From Caldivirga maquilingensis IC-167 (GTDB lineage: Archaea; Thermoproteota; Thermoprotei; Thermoproteales; Thermocladiaceae), in contig NC_009954.1 of NCBI RefSeq assembly GCF_000018305.1, forward strand, positions 1,560,001 through 1,592,000: a stretch of DNA of 32,000 bases, given 5' to 3'. The notes under the pieces were generated by a model that saw only the letters and a list, made by a program, of their open reading frames with translations, was not told the origin of the DNA and made no database searches. Of the stretch, positions 8,100-18,316 are shown one piece after another; positions within the stretch are counted from its first letter, which is position 1; every line of letters starts with the position of its first letter. A program made the position numbers and the translations under genes.

Positions 8100-9395
8100 A
8101 TGAGCGCCAGGGAGGTTTCGTTGAGAAGGGTGCTTAATTTCATGGAGCTGGTGGCATTAGGCTACTCCGACGTATCATCAACATACTACTTCTCACTTGG
8201 CGTAATAGCACTATACTCCGGTTCATCATTACCCGTCACCATGATGCTTGGCTCTATTCCACTATGGGTTGCTGGGTTAACGTACAGTGAATTAGCTAAA
8301 GTAAGCCCTGAGGTTGGTGGTGCATACTATTACGTGAACCTTGGCCTAGGCCGCTTTGGAGGCTTTATTGCAGGTTGGTTACTTGGCTTTGATCAAATAC
8401 TAATGATGGCCTACGGCGCCTTAGGGTTCGCGAATTATCTACTAACGGCATTAATTGGGTTAAACCACGGTGGATTCATCATTACGCTTACTTCACTGGC
8501 GATTATTTGGTTTCTGGCTATTTTAAACATAATTGGCATTAAGTTATCAGCTAGATTAAACCTAGTACTAGTTATGATCGATATCATTGGTATCTTAATA
8601 CTAACCACCGCTGGGTTTTATAGATTAATGCATATGCATGAGTCAATTAATGCAGTGAGTCTAAGCATTGCACCAGTGGGTTTAGCATATGCCTTGAGGG
8701 GTTACATTGGTATTGATGTAATAGCTCAAGCAGCAGGGGAGGCTATGGAGCCGAGTCGCAATGTACCTAAATCAATAGTAACCATATGCACCCTCTCAAC
8801 TGTTGTTGCAATACTAGTTTCAACATTAGCCGTCTACACGGGTGGCGTCAAGGTAATGATGATGCATCCTGAAGACCCACTCTCAGCACTTGCAGTGAAC
8901 CTAATCGGCTTCAATGCGTTGAGCATATACATATCGGTATCCATAGCCCTAGTGATGCTTCTAAGCGTTAACTCCGGGATAGTGGACTTCTCCAGGGGCC
9001 TCTATAGGATGAGTATTGATAGACTCCTACACAAATCAATATCAAGTGTTCATTCAAGGTTCAAGACTCCATTTGCATCAATAATAGTGGCTTCAATTAC
9101 ATCATCATTATTCGTAATACCTAACGATGTTGAATTAATAGTAGGCTCATACGGCATAGCCTCACTAGTGGCGTACACATTAGCCTTACTATCACTAATA
9201 AGACTTAGGGATAAGTCACCACTAATGGTAATTGGATTAATGGCATTAATTACGGCTATACTGTTAACGCTAATATTCAAACCATACTATGCGATACCAG
9301 TGTCACTGTGGTTCGCCATAGGGCTTATACTACTAGCCATGACAAGTAAACGGCTAAGACTAATTAAGTTAACCCCACATAGGCCTCATGAATAA
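8100..9395 (+). CDS. Amino acid/polyamine (APC superfamily) permease
   Basis: 431 aa with about 12 TM helices. The N-terminal region (LALGYSDVSSTYYFSLGVIA...SELAKVSPEVGGAYYYV) matches the APC signature pattern (E..s..P..GG.y.y). Confidence 0.8.
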   Translation: MSAREVSLRRVLNFMELVALGYSDVSSTYYFSLGVIALYSGSSLPVTMMLGSIPLWVAGLTYSELAKVSPEVGGAYYYVNLGLGRFGGFIAGWLLGFDQILMMAYGALGFANYLLTALIGLNHGGFIITLTSLAIIWFLAILNIIGIKLSARLNLVLVMIDIIGILILTTAGFYRLMHMHESINAVSLSIAPVGLAYALRGYIGIDVIAQAAGEAMEPSRNVPKSIVTICTLSTVVAILVSTLAVYTGGVKVMMMHPEDPLSALAVNLIGFNALSIYISVSIALVMLLSVNSGIVDFSRGLYRMSIDRLLHKSISSVHSRFKTPFASIIVASITSSLFVIPNDVELIVGSYGIASLVAYTLALLSLIRLRDKSPLMVIGLMALITAILLTLIFKPYYAIPVSLWFAIGLILLAMTSKRLRLIKLTPHRPHE

Positions 9396-9433
9396 GTGCT
9401 AAACTGTATATGCCCAATCCCTTAGGCTAATGC

Positions 9434-11428
9434 CTACTTGGTGAGAATAATCTTAAACTTAACGGTACCATTACTGAATAAGCTTGCCGGTGGTGGGAAG
9501 TATTGGATGAGGAGCATTCTTGTTGTGGCATTGTAAAACCAGCCACTGGGTAGACTGGGTGTGGAGATTAAGTAGTATTGAGTTGGTACATACATTGACT
9601 GGCTACTGTACCTATTAATGAGCGTGTTATTCACGTAGACTGTGATGTTAATTGGGTTAAATGGTACGTAAACCTCAAGGTGCGTTATTATACCGTTCGG
9701 CGGCATTAACCCAGCTTTAATAATCAACACCACTGATGAATCATTCTCAACAACATTAATACCAGTTACATTAAGGTACTTCCACTCATTTATGGTTAAG
9801 CCCGTTGAGTTAAGCATCCTCAACTGCCATAGGTAAGTAGATTCAAGTATACCCGGCACACCCTCGGTGTTTGCGAAATTTGAGAATACATAGAATGGTG
9901 GTGGATTGGCGCCAACCTCAATAATGTCATTGAATATTATGTTAATTAATGTTAATGCAATACCTGAATCATTGTATGGTAGATCAGCCTCAAGCCAACC
10001 GAACAAGGCCTCACCAGCCTTATACGGTATTGAGTAGTCTATGTTTAGGGGTGGTGATGAAGTAGACTCATACTCATGAATAGTATCCACCTGAGCCCTA
10101 TAGTACTCATTAAATGCGGCTGCAGCGTTACTGTAACCCATTGAGCCGAGGATCCTTATTAACCAGGCAGTTAACCCAAATCCAGTGGCCCCACCTTTAA
10201 CAGCATTCAACGTTACAGGTGACTCAACGTAATTTAAGGCTAATTGCCTAATACTCCCATTATAAGGCTCGAGGAGCAGCGCCGCCACTAGGAATGTTGA
10301 AACACTCCTAGGGTAGAAGAGACCGTGGGTAACCTCATCCTCCACTATGGGTAACCAGAAGTTTATGAAGCCCTTAGCGAAGTCTAGGACAGTCTCATTG
10401 TAAGTCTCCAAGCCAAGTAACACTGAGCCCAATGCAATGTAACCGAAGCTCGCCGGTGTTGATACGTCGGCGTTACTTGGGTAGAGGCCCTTAAGTAGGC
10501 TAAGCATCACGTATTGTTGACTACCGTAATCCACGGTGACACCGGCCACGTAGACTTTAACGTAACCATTAGCAACCACTGTTAGGCCACTGGCATTAAC
10601 CTTAACCATAGTTAAGTTACCCAGTATGAATAATGCAGTATTACCGAAGGGTGAATTATTAGTGAATGAAGCAACACCCACCGCTGAACCATCAAATGAC
10701 CCGGAACCGCTTATAACTCTAATTAACTCAAGGTTACTTGAATATACGTAAGCATTCAATGCAGGTGGCTTAAATGTTAACGTCAATGAACTACCCTTAA
10801 GGGGCTTTATGAGGAAGTAATTAAAATTACCTAAGGTAACCTCAGCGTCACTGAACAATGCATTAACAGTACCATTACCCGTAACCCAAGTGTAACTGCA
10901 CCCTGATGCACCATTCACCGATGCCAGTGATGCAACGTAATTGAAGCCGAATAACTCCACGCCGAGGGATAATGGGCAGCCACCAAACATGATTATGTTA
11001 TTCCCATAGTAGCCATTATAGGAGTGGATACTTATTTGAACAATCCTGGCAGGCATCATGTAGCCATACGCCCTAATACCGTATAGGAAGTTGAAGGCTT
11101 GGTAAGCCATGGTATAGTTACCCACCACTGATGCTGCTATGAGGATTTTACCAGTATCATCAGCCCAGTAATCATAGTAATCGGTGAAAGTGAAATCCCC
11201 ACCAAGCAATGCGGGGTAACAAACAAAACCATGGAAACTAGGCCTATAGTATGATTCCAATTGATCCTCAAGAAGCCTAACAATAGGTGTAGTTACATTA
11301 GCTTTAACCACAGGTTGCATTTGGTATCGATTAACCTGACTAATGTGGCTAAACACCATGACGTAACTAATAACAGCAATAACACTAATAATAATCACAG
11401 CCAGTAAAATATACGTAATCCTAGCCAT
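9434..11428 (-). CDS. Signal-anchored extracellular protein, function unknown, rich in N-glycosylation sequons
   Basis: 664-aa ORF with an N-terminal TM anchor (ITYILLAVIIISVIAVISYVMVF) and many N-x-S/T sequons. No catalytic motif recognised. Confidence 0.55.
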   Translation of the reverse strand: MARITYILLAVIIISVIAVISYVMVFSHISQVNRYQMQPVVKANVTTPIVRLLEDQLESYYRPSFHGFVCYPALLGGDFTFTDYYDYWADDTGKILIAASVVGNYTMAYQAFNFLYGIRAYGYMMPARIVQISIHSYNGYYGNNIIMFGGCPLSLGVELFGFNYVASLASVNGASGCSYTWVTGNGTVNALFSDAEVTLGNFNYFLIKPLKGSSLTLTFKPPALNAYVYSSNLELIRVISGSGSFDGSAVGVASFTNNSPFGNTALFILGNLTMVKVNASGLTVVANGYVKVYVAGVTVDYGSQQYVMLSLLKGLYPSNADVSTPASFGYIALGSVLLGLETYNETVLDFAKGFINFWLPIVEDEVTHGLFYPRSVSTFLVAALLLEPYNGSIRQLALNYVESPVTLNAVKGGATGFGLTAWLIRILGSMGYSNAAAAFNEYYRAQVDTIHEYESTSSPPLNIDYSIPYKAGEALFGWLEADLPYNDSGIALTLINIIFNDIIEVGANPPPFYVFSNFANTEGVPGILESTYLWQLRMLNSTGLTINEWKYLNVTGINVVENDSSVVLIIKAGLMPPNGIITHLEVYVPFNPINITVYVNNTLINRYSSQSMYVPTQYYLISTPSLPSGWFYNATTRMLLIQYFPPPASLFSNGTVKFKIILTK

Positions 11429-11695
11429 AGCCTAGAGGATATGATCCACTATTTAAGCATTTTCCAAAATACGGTAATTAATGTGAAAACCATTATTTGA
11501 AGTTACTCCAGCATCCTCATGATGCCTTCAATGGGTATTTAATGCCTGTTTCATGATGTGATTTCAGTAATTGACCATTAATCATATAGTCTATTAATAC
11601 GCCTAGTGGATAATCTGGTGATATCTAATGCTCTTAAATTAAATATGTGAATAAAGCTTATATAGTTATAGTGATTAGTAAGTATTGGTGGTTAG

Positions 11696-13858
11696 ATGGG
11701 GAGAATTATGAGTAAGGGTTTAATCACTAAGTTACTGATCCTTAGTATATCAGTACTGGCATTGGTTACAGTATTCTCAAGCTACGTACCATCATTAACC
11801 ATGGCTCAAACATACAACATCACACCATATAATACAATATACATGTTCGTTACTAGGAGTCCACCGGCAACTGGTTGGAGTACTTATAATCCTAATATTT
11901 TTCAAGGTGGCATATGGTGGTATGGTGTTTACCAGCAGTTTTTGGCTGCGGTTAATATAACTACTGGTGAATTTGTACCTCTTCTTGCTGATAATTGGAC
12001 GATGACAGTGCTACCTAATGGTACCTTAGAAGTCTTAGTGCATCTTAGGCATAGTGGGTGGGATAATGGTATTCCAGTAACCTGCTGGGATGTTTGGGCA
12101 ACTAATATGCTTCTTGGCCTTGTATCAGCAATGGTTGGTAATGTTACCGTGTTTAATAATTACACGTGCGCATTCATGATACCTAAGGGTTACTATGTAC
12201 CATTAACCCTACCTGGCGCCCATGAGGCTAACTCATTCATAGCCCTTGAGTGGGGTCAAGGTATTGCCCTTGATTGGCAGGACAGCTACGTATGGGAACC
12301 AATAATAAAGACCGCGGCTGCAAACTATAGCTGGATTTGGTTGTACATGTTCGGTAACTCAACCCAGAAGGGTGAGGCTGCTAAGGTCCTCTCAACATTA
12401 ATCCATGATTACTTAACCTACAAGCCACCCTACACCACTGGTTACTCAAATGGACCATACTACCTATGCGATATTACGCCTGAATACTTCCTACTCTGCA
12501 AGAACCCATACTACTATACTGTTAATGAATTCAAGCCCGATTACATTGTTGAATGGCAGTACTCCTCAATGTCTCAAGTTTACGCAGCCTTAGCCACAGG
12601 TAAGATTAGCCTATGGTCGACTTGGATCGGCTCAGTATCACCAACAGTAATACCAACAATAACCAGTAACCCGTACATTAAGGCATTATCATTCCCAGCC
12701 TTCGGTGGTGATGCCTTGTATTTCAACTTCCTTAATCCTTGGTTGGCTATGCCTCAGGTTAGGCAGGCTATTTACTATGCTGTTAATTGGACTCAATTAG
12801 CCCAAGCAGCATACGGTGTAGGCTACACGTACCCATCACCAATGCCTCAAGATGGATTAATGCCCTACTACACTAATTGGCAAAGCATGATAACCAGTTA
12901 CTTCGCATCACTAGGCCCACAATGGACTATGGTAAATTACACTTATAATGCTTCATTGGCTACTAGCCTACTTGAGAGTGTTGGCTTCACTAAGAAGAAT
13001 GGTGTATGGTATACACCCAACGGCTCAGAATTCACATTAACACTATACATCGGCTCAAACGCACCACCAGCGCAGTTAACACTGGCAACAGAAATAGCTA
13101 ATGCATTAACAAGCTTCGGAATACCAACAATAGTAATAACATATCCCTCAGCTGAGGGGCTTACAATAATTAAGCAGGGTAAGTACGACTTATTATTCTC
13201 ATACTACAGTGACATATATAGGCCAGGCGTACCATACTACTTCCCTGAGGCATTCTACTTCCTAGGTTACCCATTCAACTACAGTCACTGGAATGGTATC
13301 GTAACTCTACCTAATGGAACCTCATTCAGCGCACCTGAATGTGGTACCATGTTATCGTTGAATTGCATACTCAGGGTTGCCTGGGCCATAAATCATGATC
13401 CATGGTATATTCAGATTGATTGGAATAGTGGTATAGTATTCCTCAATACCCAGTACATCAACTGGCCCATTAATGACACGTCAATTTGGATCGGCACACT
13501 ACAACACACTACACCAGCATGGACAGTGTTACTGACTCACATATCCTTTAAGCCACCAGTTACTACTACTTCGACTACTACTCCTGTTTCCACTGTTACT
13601 TCTACTGCTGTGGTTACTTCTACGACTACTGTTGTTACTTCGACTACTGTGGTTAGTGGTACTACTACGACTTACACAACCACAAGCACTGTACCAGTAA
13701 CAGCAACAGTAACATCAACAATACCGGTAACAACCACGGCAGTATCAACAGTAACAGTCACTAAACCAGTAATAAGCACAACACTAATAATAGGCATAAT
13801 AATCATAGTAATCATCATAGTAGCAGCAGTAGCAGCAATAGCATTAAGAAGAAGATAA
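11696..13858 (+). CDS. ABC-transporter solute-binding protein (family 5, Opp/Dpp class) with a C-terminal Thr/Ser/Val-rich stalk and TM anchor
   Basis: The size, N-terminal signal anchor and body resemble archaeal Opp-class sugar/peptide binding proteins. The C-terminal TTTSTTTPVSTVTST... linker, hydrophobic helix and RRR tail are typical of crenarchaeal binding proteins. Confidence 0.75.
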   Translation: MGRIMSKGLITKLLILSISVLALVTVFSSYVPSLTMAQTYNITPYNTIYMFVTRSPPATGWSTYNPNIFQGGIWWYGVYQQFLAAVNITTGEFVPLLADNWTMTVLPNGTLEVLVHLRHSGWDNGIPVTCWDVWATNMLLGLVSAMVGNVTVFNNYTCAFMIPKGYYVPLTLPGAHEANSFIALEWGQGIALDWQDSYVWEPIIKTAAANYSWIWLYMFGNSTQKGEAAKVLSTLIHDYLTYKPPYTTGYSNGPYYLCDITPEYFLLCKNPYYYTVNEFKPDYIVEWQYSSMSQVYAALATGKISLWSTWIGSVSPTVIPTITSNPYIKALSFPAFGGDALYFNFLNPWLAMPQVRQAIYYAVNWTQLAQAAYGVGYTYPSPMPQDGLMPYYTNWQSMITSYFASLGPQWTMVNYTYNASLATSLLESVGFTKKNGVWYTPNGSEFTLTLYIGSNAPPAQLTLATEIANALTSFGIPTIVITYPSAEGLTIIKQGKYDLLFSYYSDIYRPGVPYYFPEAFYFLGYPFNYSHWNGIVTLPNGTSFSAPECGTMLSLNCILRVAWAINHDPWYIQIDWNSGIVFLNTQYINWPINDTSIWIGTLQHTTPAWTVLLTHISFKPPVTTTSTTTPVSTVTSTAVVTSTTTVVTSTTVVSGTTTTYTTTSTVPVTATVTSTIPVTTTAVSTVTVTKPVISTTLIIGIIIIVIIIVAAVAAIALRRR

Positions 13859-13962
13859 GCAAAAAACCAAAATCAAAAACAAACAATTTTTTCCATTTAT
13901 TCTTAAATTTACTTTAACCTATTTTAAGCATAGGCTTTTAAGTATTACGTATTCCTAATTGT

Positions 13963-14997
13963 ATGGGTTCGCAATCCAAGGTTAGGCTTGGTTTCATAGG
14001 TGCTGGTAGGCGTGGTAGGGAGCTTATGGCTGCTGCTAAGAATGCTGGGGCTGAGCTTGTTTCGGCTGTGGATGTTAGTGAGGATGCCTTAAGGGAGGTT
14101 TCAGGTAGGTTTGGTATTAGGGTTTATAGGGATGTTGATGAAATGCTTAGTAAGGAGAGGCTTAATGCTGTTGTTGTTTCAACACCAGTTAGGCTTCACG
14201 TTAATCACGTTGTGAAGGCCCTTGACCACGGCCTTGATGTGCTTGTTGAGAAGCCTGTGACCTTAAGTGTTAATGAGGCTAATGAACTCCTCAGGAGGGT
14301 TAAGGCTAGTGGTGGCATTGTGGTTGTTGGATTCCAGAATAGGTACTCTGAGGCGGTTAGGGGGGTTGGGGGTATTATTAATGATTGCCGTGAATCAATG
14401 TTCGCTGGTTACTGGTATTGGACTATTCCACCAATACCATGGTTTAGACGTAGGAGTGAGACTGGTGGGCAGATTGTTGAGCAGGTTATACACGTGATTG
14501 ACTTAGCCAGGTACTTCATGGGTGATGTTAAATCAATCTACGCAGCATACACCGAGGCTGGTAGGGATACTGGTGAGGATAAGGCCTTAGGCTTCGAGAA
14601 TTGGGCGAGCTATAGTTTAACCATGGTTTTTAAGAATGGTACAGTGGGTTCAATACACAGCACCTACGCCCTATACCCTGAGCTTGGGAGAGAGGTACCG
14701 TTGGTTGGTTTTGACGTAATCTGTAGGGAGGAGTTAATTAGGTTCACCGGCTTTAATGAGGCTAGAGTGTATAGGAGGGGTGGGGAGACCCTCACCTTTA
14801 AGTCATCAACAGACTCAACGGTTAACATGTTTAAGGCCTTTATTCAAGCAATCCAAACTAGGGATAAGGGGATTGTACCAACAATATACGAGGATGCTTA
14901 TTGGAGTAATGTAACAGCCTTGGCTGCCAATGAATCAGCACTTACGGGTAGGGTTATTAATATTGATGATTACGCATCACTGGGGGTGAATTCATGA
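13963..14997 (+). CDS. Gfo/Idh/MocA family NAD(P)-dependent oxidoreductase
   Basis: N-terminal Rossmann motif LGFIGAGRRG and VLVEKP (the EKP motif), followed by a typical C-terminal alpha/beta domain. Confidence 0.85.
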   Translation: MGSQSKVRLGFIGAGRRGRELMAAAKNAGAELVSAVDVSEDALREVSGRFGIRVYRDVDEMLSKERLNAVVVSTPVRLHVNHVVKALDHGLDVLVEKPVTLSVNEANELLRRVKASGGIVVVGFQNRYSEAVRGVGGIINDCRESMFAGYWYWTIPPIPWFRRRSETGGQIVEQVIHVIDLARYFMGDVKSIYAAYTEAGRDTGEDKALGFENWASYSLTMVFKNGTVGSIHSTYALYPELGREVPLVGFDVICREELIRFTGFNEARVYRRGGETLTFKSSTDSTVNMFKAFIQAIQTRDKGIVPTIYEDAYWSNVTALAANESALTGRVINIDDYASLGVNS

Positions 14998-15833
14998 GGA
15001 TTGCCACGGATCTATGGCATAGGAGGGGTTCCTCATTGGTTGAGGAGCTTAAGCTAATTAAGGAGGCTGGATTCGATGGCGTTGAATTCACCTTCTCGGA
15101 GGCTAATGAGGCATTACCCAGTGTATCTGATAGGGGTTACTTGAGGATTGAGTACCTTAATGATGATGTTGAGGTCCTTCGTAAGGCCAGTAACGAGGTT
15201 GGTCTCGAGGTTCACTCAATTAGAAGTGGCCTACTGTGGAGGTACCCGTTAACCTCGCTTGATTCGGGAATTAGGGGTAAGGCGATTAGTATTGTTGAGA
15301 GGGAGCTTGAGGCATGCCACCGCCTCGGCGCCACTGCCCTACTCATAGTCCCCGGCGTGGTTAATGAGGATACACCCTATGATAAGGCTTATGAATCGGC
15401 TAAGAATGCCTTGAGTGCATTGGTTAAGAGGGCTGAGGATCTTGGCGTTAACTTAGCCATTGAGAACGTTTGCAATAACCTCCTCCAAAGCCCCCTGGAG
15501 TTCGCAAGGTTTATTGATGAGTTAGCCTCACCAATGATTGGGGCTTACCTGGATATTGGTAATGTAATGGATTGTAGGTTAGGCTACCCTCAGCATTGGA
15601 TTAAGATACTTGGTGGTAGGATTAAGAGGGTTCACGTTAAGGATTACAGCATTGGCTTAAGGGGTGTTGTGGATTTGTTTAACGGTGATGTTAATTGGCC
15701 TGCGGTTATGAAGGCCCTGAGGGATGTTGGGTACGACGGCTACTTAACAGCTGAACTACACCCATTCAATACAGCGTATGAGCTCTACTTCAGGCAGTTA
15801 GCCGAGAGAATGAGACTACTCTTAAGGCTTTAG
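14994..15833 (+). CDS. Sugar phosphate isomerase/epimerase (xylose isomerase-like TIM barrel, AP endonuclease 2 family)
   Basis: FDGVEF, LAIEN, YLDIGN and HVKD motifs characteristic of the fold. ATGA overlap with the upstream gene. Confidence 0.8.
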   Translation: MRIATDLWHRRGSSLVEELKLIKEAGFDGVEFTFSEANEALPSVSDRGYLRIEYLNDDVEVLRKASNEVGLEVHSIRSGLLWRYPLTSLDSGIRGKAISIVERELEACHRLGATALLIVPGVVNEDTPYDKAYESAKNALSALVKRAEDLGVNLAIENVCNNLLQSPLEFARFIDELASPMIGAYLDIGNVMDCRLGYPQHWIKILGGRIKRVHVKDYSIGLRGVVDLFNGDVNWPAVMKALRDVGYDGYLTAELHPFNTAYELYFRQLAERMRLLLRL

Positions 15834-16973
15834 GTGATTAATATGGGTAGGGTTATTGGGGTTGGTTTAATTGGACATGGCTTCATGGGTAGGGCTCACA
15901 GCCTCGCCTGGAGGAACATAACCCTATTCACAGACAGTCCACTAACCCCTGTGCTTAAGGCTGTGGCTGGTAGGAGGGAGGATGCTGTTAGGGAGTTTGC
16001 GGTTAGGTTTGGGTTTGAGAGGTATTACACTGATTACAGGCTTATGATCAAGGACCCCGGCATTGAGGTTATTGATAATGTTACGCCGAACTACATGCAT
16101 AAGGAACCAACCATTGAGGCTATTGAGGCCGGTAAGCATGTTATTGTTGAGAAGCCACCGGCCCTTAATGCTGAGGAGGCTTACGAGATGTATAAGGCTG
16201 CTGAGAGGGCTGGTGTAGTCAATATGGTTGCCTTCAACTACAGGTTCGTACCAGCCATTGTTTTAGCCAAACAGCTAATAAGCAGTGGGAGGTTGGGTAG
16301 GATTTACCACTTCAGGGCATTTTACCTACAGCAGAGTTTAGCAAACCCCAATGCCCCATTAACCTGGAGGCTTAAGCGTGAGTACGCCGGCTTCGGTACA
16401 TTAGCCGACTTGGGCAGTCACATAATTGACTTAGCCAGGTATTTGATTGGTGAGATCAATGAGGTTAACGGTGTATTATACACATTCAATAGGAGTAGGC
16501 TTAATCCAGCCACTGGGCTTAGTGAGGAGGTTAATGTTGATGAGGGGTTCACGGCAATGGTTAAGTTCAGCAACGGGGCCACCGGTATACTTGAGGCCTC
16601 TAAGTTGGCTACCGGTCACTTTAATTCACTAATCATTGAGGTTAATGGTAGTGAGGGCTCGATTAGGTTTAACCTGGAGAGGGTTAATGAACTTGAAGTG
16701 TACTTAACCAGTGATGGTGAGTTAAGCGGCTTCAGGAGGATTCTAGTTACTCAAAGAACCCACCCATTCATTAGGTTCTGGTGGCCTCCAGGTCATGTGC
16801 TTGGTTGGGAGCACACCTTCACCCATGAACTCTACCACTTCCTAACAAGGCTTAATGAGGGTAGGGGTGTTGGCCCTGAGGCCGCTGATTTTAAGGATGG
16901 TTGGAGGGTTATGAGTATTATTGAGGCTATAGCTAAATCCTCCAGGGAGGGTGATTGGGTTAATGTTCCTTAA
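15834..16973 (+). CDS. Gfo/Idh/MocA family oxidoreductase
   Basis: VGLIGHGFMGRAH Rossmann motif and VIVEKPPA. The track start is GTG 15834; ATG 15843 is an alternative. Confidence 0.85.
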   Translation: MINMGRVIGVGLIGHGFMGRAHSLAWRNITLFTDSPLTPVLKAVAGRREDAVREFAVRFGFERYYTDYRLMIKDPGIEVIDNVTPNYMHKEPTIEAIEAGKHVIVEKPPALNAEEAYEMYKAAERAGVVNMVAFNYRFVPAIVLAKQLISSGRLGRIYHFRAFYLQQSLANPNAPLTWRLKREYAGFGTLADLGSHIIDLARYLIGEINEVNGVLYTFNRSRLNPATGLSEEVNVDEGFTAMVKFSNGATGILEASKLATGHFNSLIIEVNGSEGSIRFNLERVNELEVYLTSDGELSGFRRILVTQRTHPFIRFWWPPGHVLGWEHTFTHELYHFLTRLNEGRGVGPEAADFKDGWRVMSIIEAIAKSSREGDWVNVP

Positions 16974-17791
16974 TCCTCAAAGAAGCCCCTTAAATTCTCA
17001 TTATAATACTTAATGAAGAACCTTAAGTCACTTAATGGATCCGACCCAGGGTCCTCGTACTCAACGGTCACCCAGCCGTTGAAGCCATTGCTCTTAAGTA
17101 TGTTTAGAATCCTAGCAATATCCAGCCTTCCCTTACCAGGCACCTTGAATCTACCAGCCACCTCACCCCAATCCCCAGCTGGCTTAAGGGGTTCTGAGTC
17201 ATCCTTAAGGTGAATGTAACCAATCCTACCACTCCACTTACCTAGGAAACCATACACGTCAATACCGGTCACCGATAAGTGCCCTATATCAGGGTATAGT
17301 TGAAGCCTGGGGTCTGTGAGCTTCATGAGTAGGTTTATTTCATCCTCATTTTGAATAATAGTACCCCAGTGATTATGAACACCAAGCCTAACGTCACCAG
17401 CCTCCTCAATAATCCTATTAAGGACTTCAGCCATAGCCTCAACATACCTCTCCCTATTACCCTCAAAAAGCCTAAACCTTGAGGGTGGCCCGATAATAAT
17501 GTTGCGTGAATTAAGTTTACTTAACCTATCCTTAATCACCCTAAACTCCCTAATTATGAAATCATGCTCCTCCCTCAAGTGGAACTTAGCAGACCAATAA
17601 ACACCAGCAAGCTCAATATCAAACCTACTCAACCTACGCCCAAACTCCTCAACACCACCAAAGGCAGTTAAGTAAGCCTGATTAACCTCAATACCCCTAA
17701 ACGGACTCAGGTAAAGCACAGCAATAGCCTCACCAAGACTCATCAACCCACCCCTAACCAAACTAGCACCAACCTGAATACCCAAACGCAC
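16970..17791 (-). CDS. Xylose isomerase-like TIM-barrel protein (sugar phosphate isomerase/epimerase family)
   Basis: HNHWGT, YPDIGH, IHLKD and VEYE motifs. The track ORF extends to 17935, but its first 48 codons are low-complexity G/T-rich sequence. A TTTTAAA TATA box lies about 25 nt upstream of GTG 17791 (VRLGIQVGAS...), supporting the shorter, leaderless gene. Confidence 0.7.
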   Translation of the reverse strand: MRLGIQVGASLVRGGLMSLGEAIAVLYLSPFRGIEVNQAYLTAFGGVEEFGRRLSRFDIELAGVYWSAKFHLREEHDFIIREFRVIKDRLSKLNSRNIIIGPPSRFRLFEGNRERYVEAMAEVLNRIIEEAGDVRLGVHNHWGTIIQNEDEINLLMKLTDPRLQLYPDIGHLSVTGIDVYGFLGKWSGRIGYIHLKDDSEPLKPAGDWGEVAGRFKVPGKGRLDIARILNILKSNGFNGWVTVEYEDPGSDPLSDLRFFIKYYNENLRGFFED

Positions 17792-18316
17792 ACCCAAGGC
17801 ACAACACCCCAACTTTAAAACATTACCACAACATACAAACACAAAAACACAATAATAAACATAAAAACCATTAACAACATTATGGATAAATAGTGAATAT
17901 GAGTTAAATAAACAATATAACCAAACAAATACCATTAATCAACAATACTACACAATAATCAACATAGCATAATGAATATAAAGTAGCAACCAAATAACAC
18001 AATTTAACTATATAGTAAATATATTAAACAATAAACAATGTACATTACCCATGGTTAATAAATAGCCAACTACAATTCAATCCCTCCCGGGAAACACAGG
18101 CCAACCACCCTGAGTCAGTTCGGGGGACCTGACTCACAGTAAATGAACGCCCTCATACTGGGTATCATGCCGGTTGCTTCAGTTGGCTTAGTCTTTATTT
18201 TTGAAGCATTCATAGTGAAATTACTGATAAGGGTGGATCCATATGTGCTTGTGAATGCTATCATTATGTTTTGGTAATTACTTATTTAGTTTTAAGTATG
18301 ATGGTTTTCATGCTGC

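Noticed and set aside
17792-17935. N-terminal 48-codon extension of the TIM-barrel ORF (MVFVWLYCLFNSYSLFIHNVV...)
   Set aside because: It is low-complexity sequence produced by the G-depleted tract. A TATA box inside it sits about 25 nt upstream of the in-frame GTG at 17791, where the recognisable domain begins.
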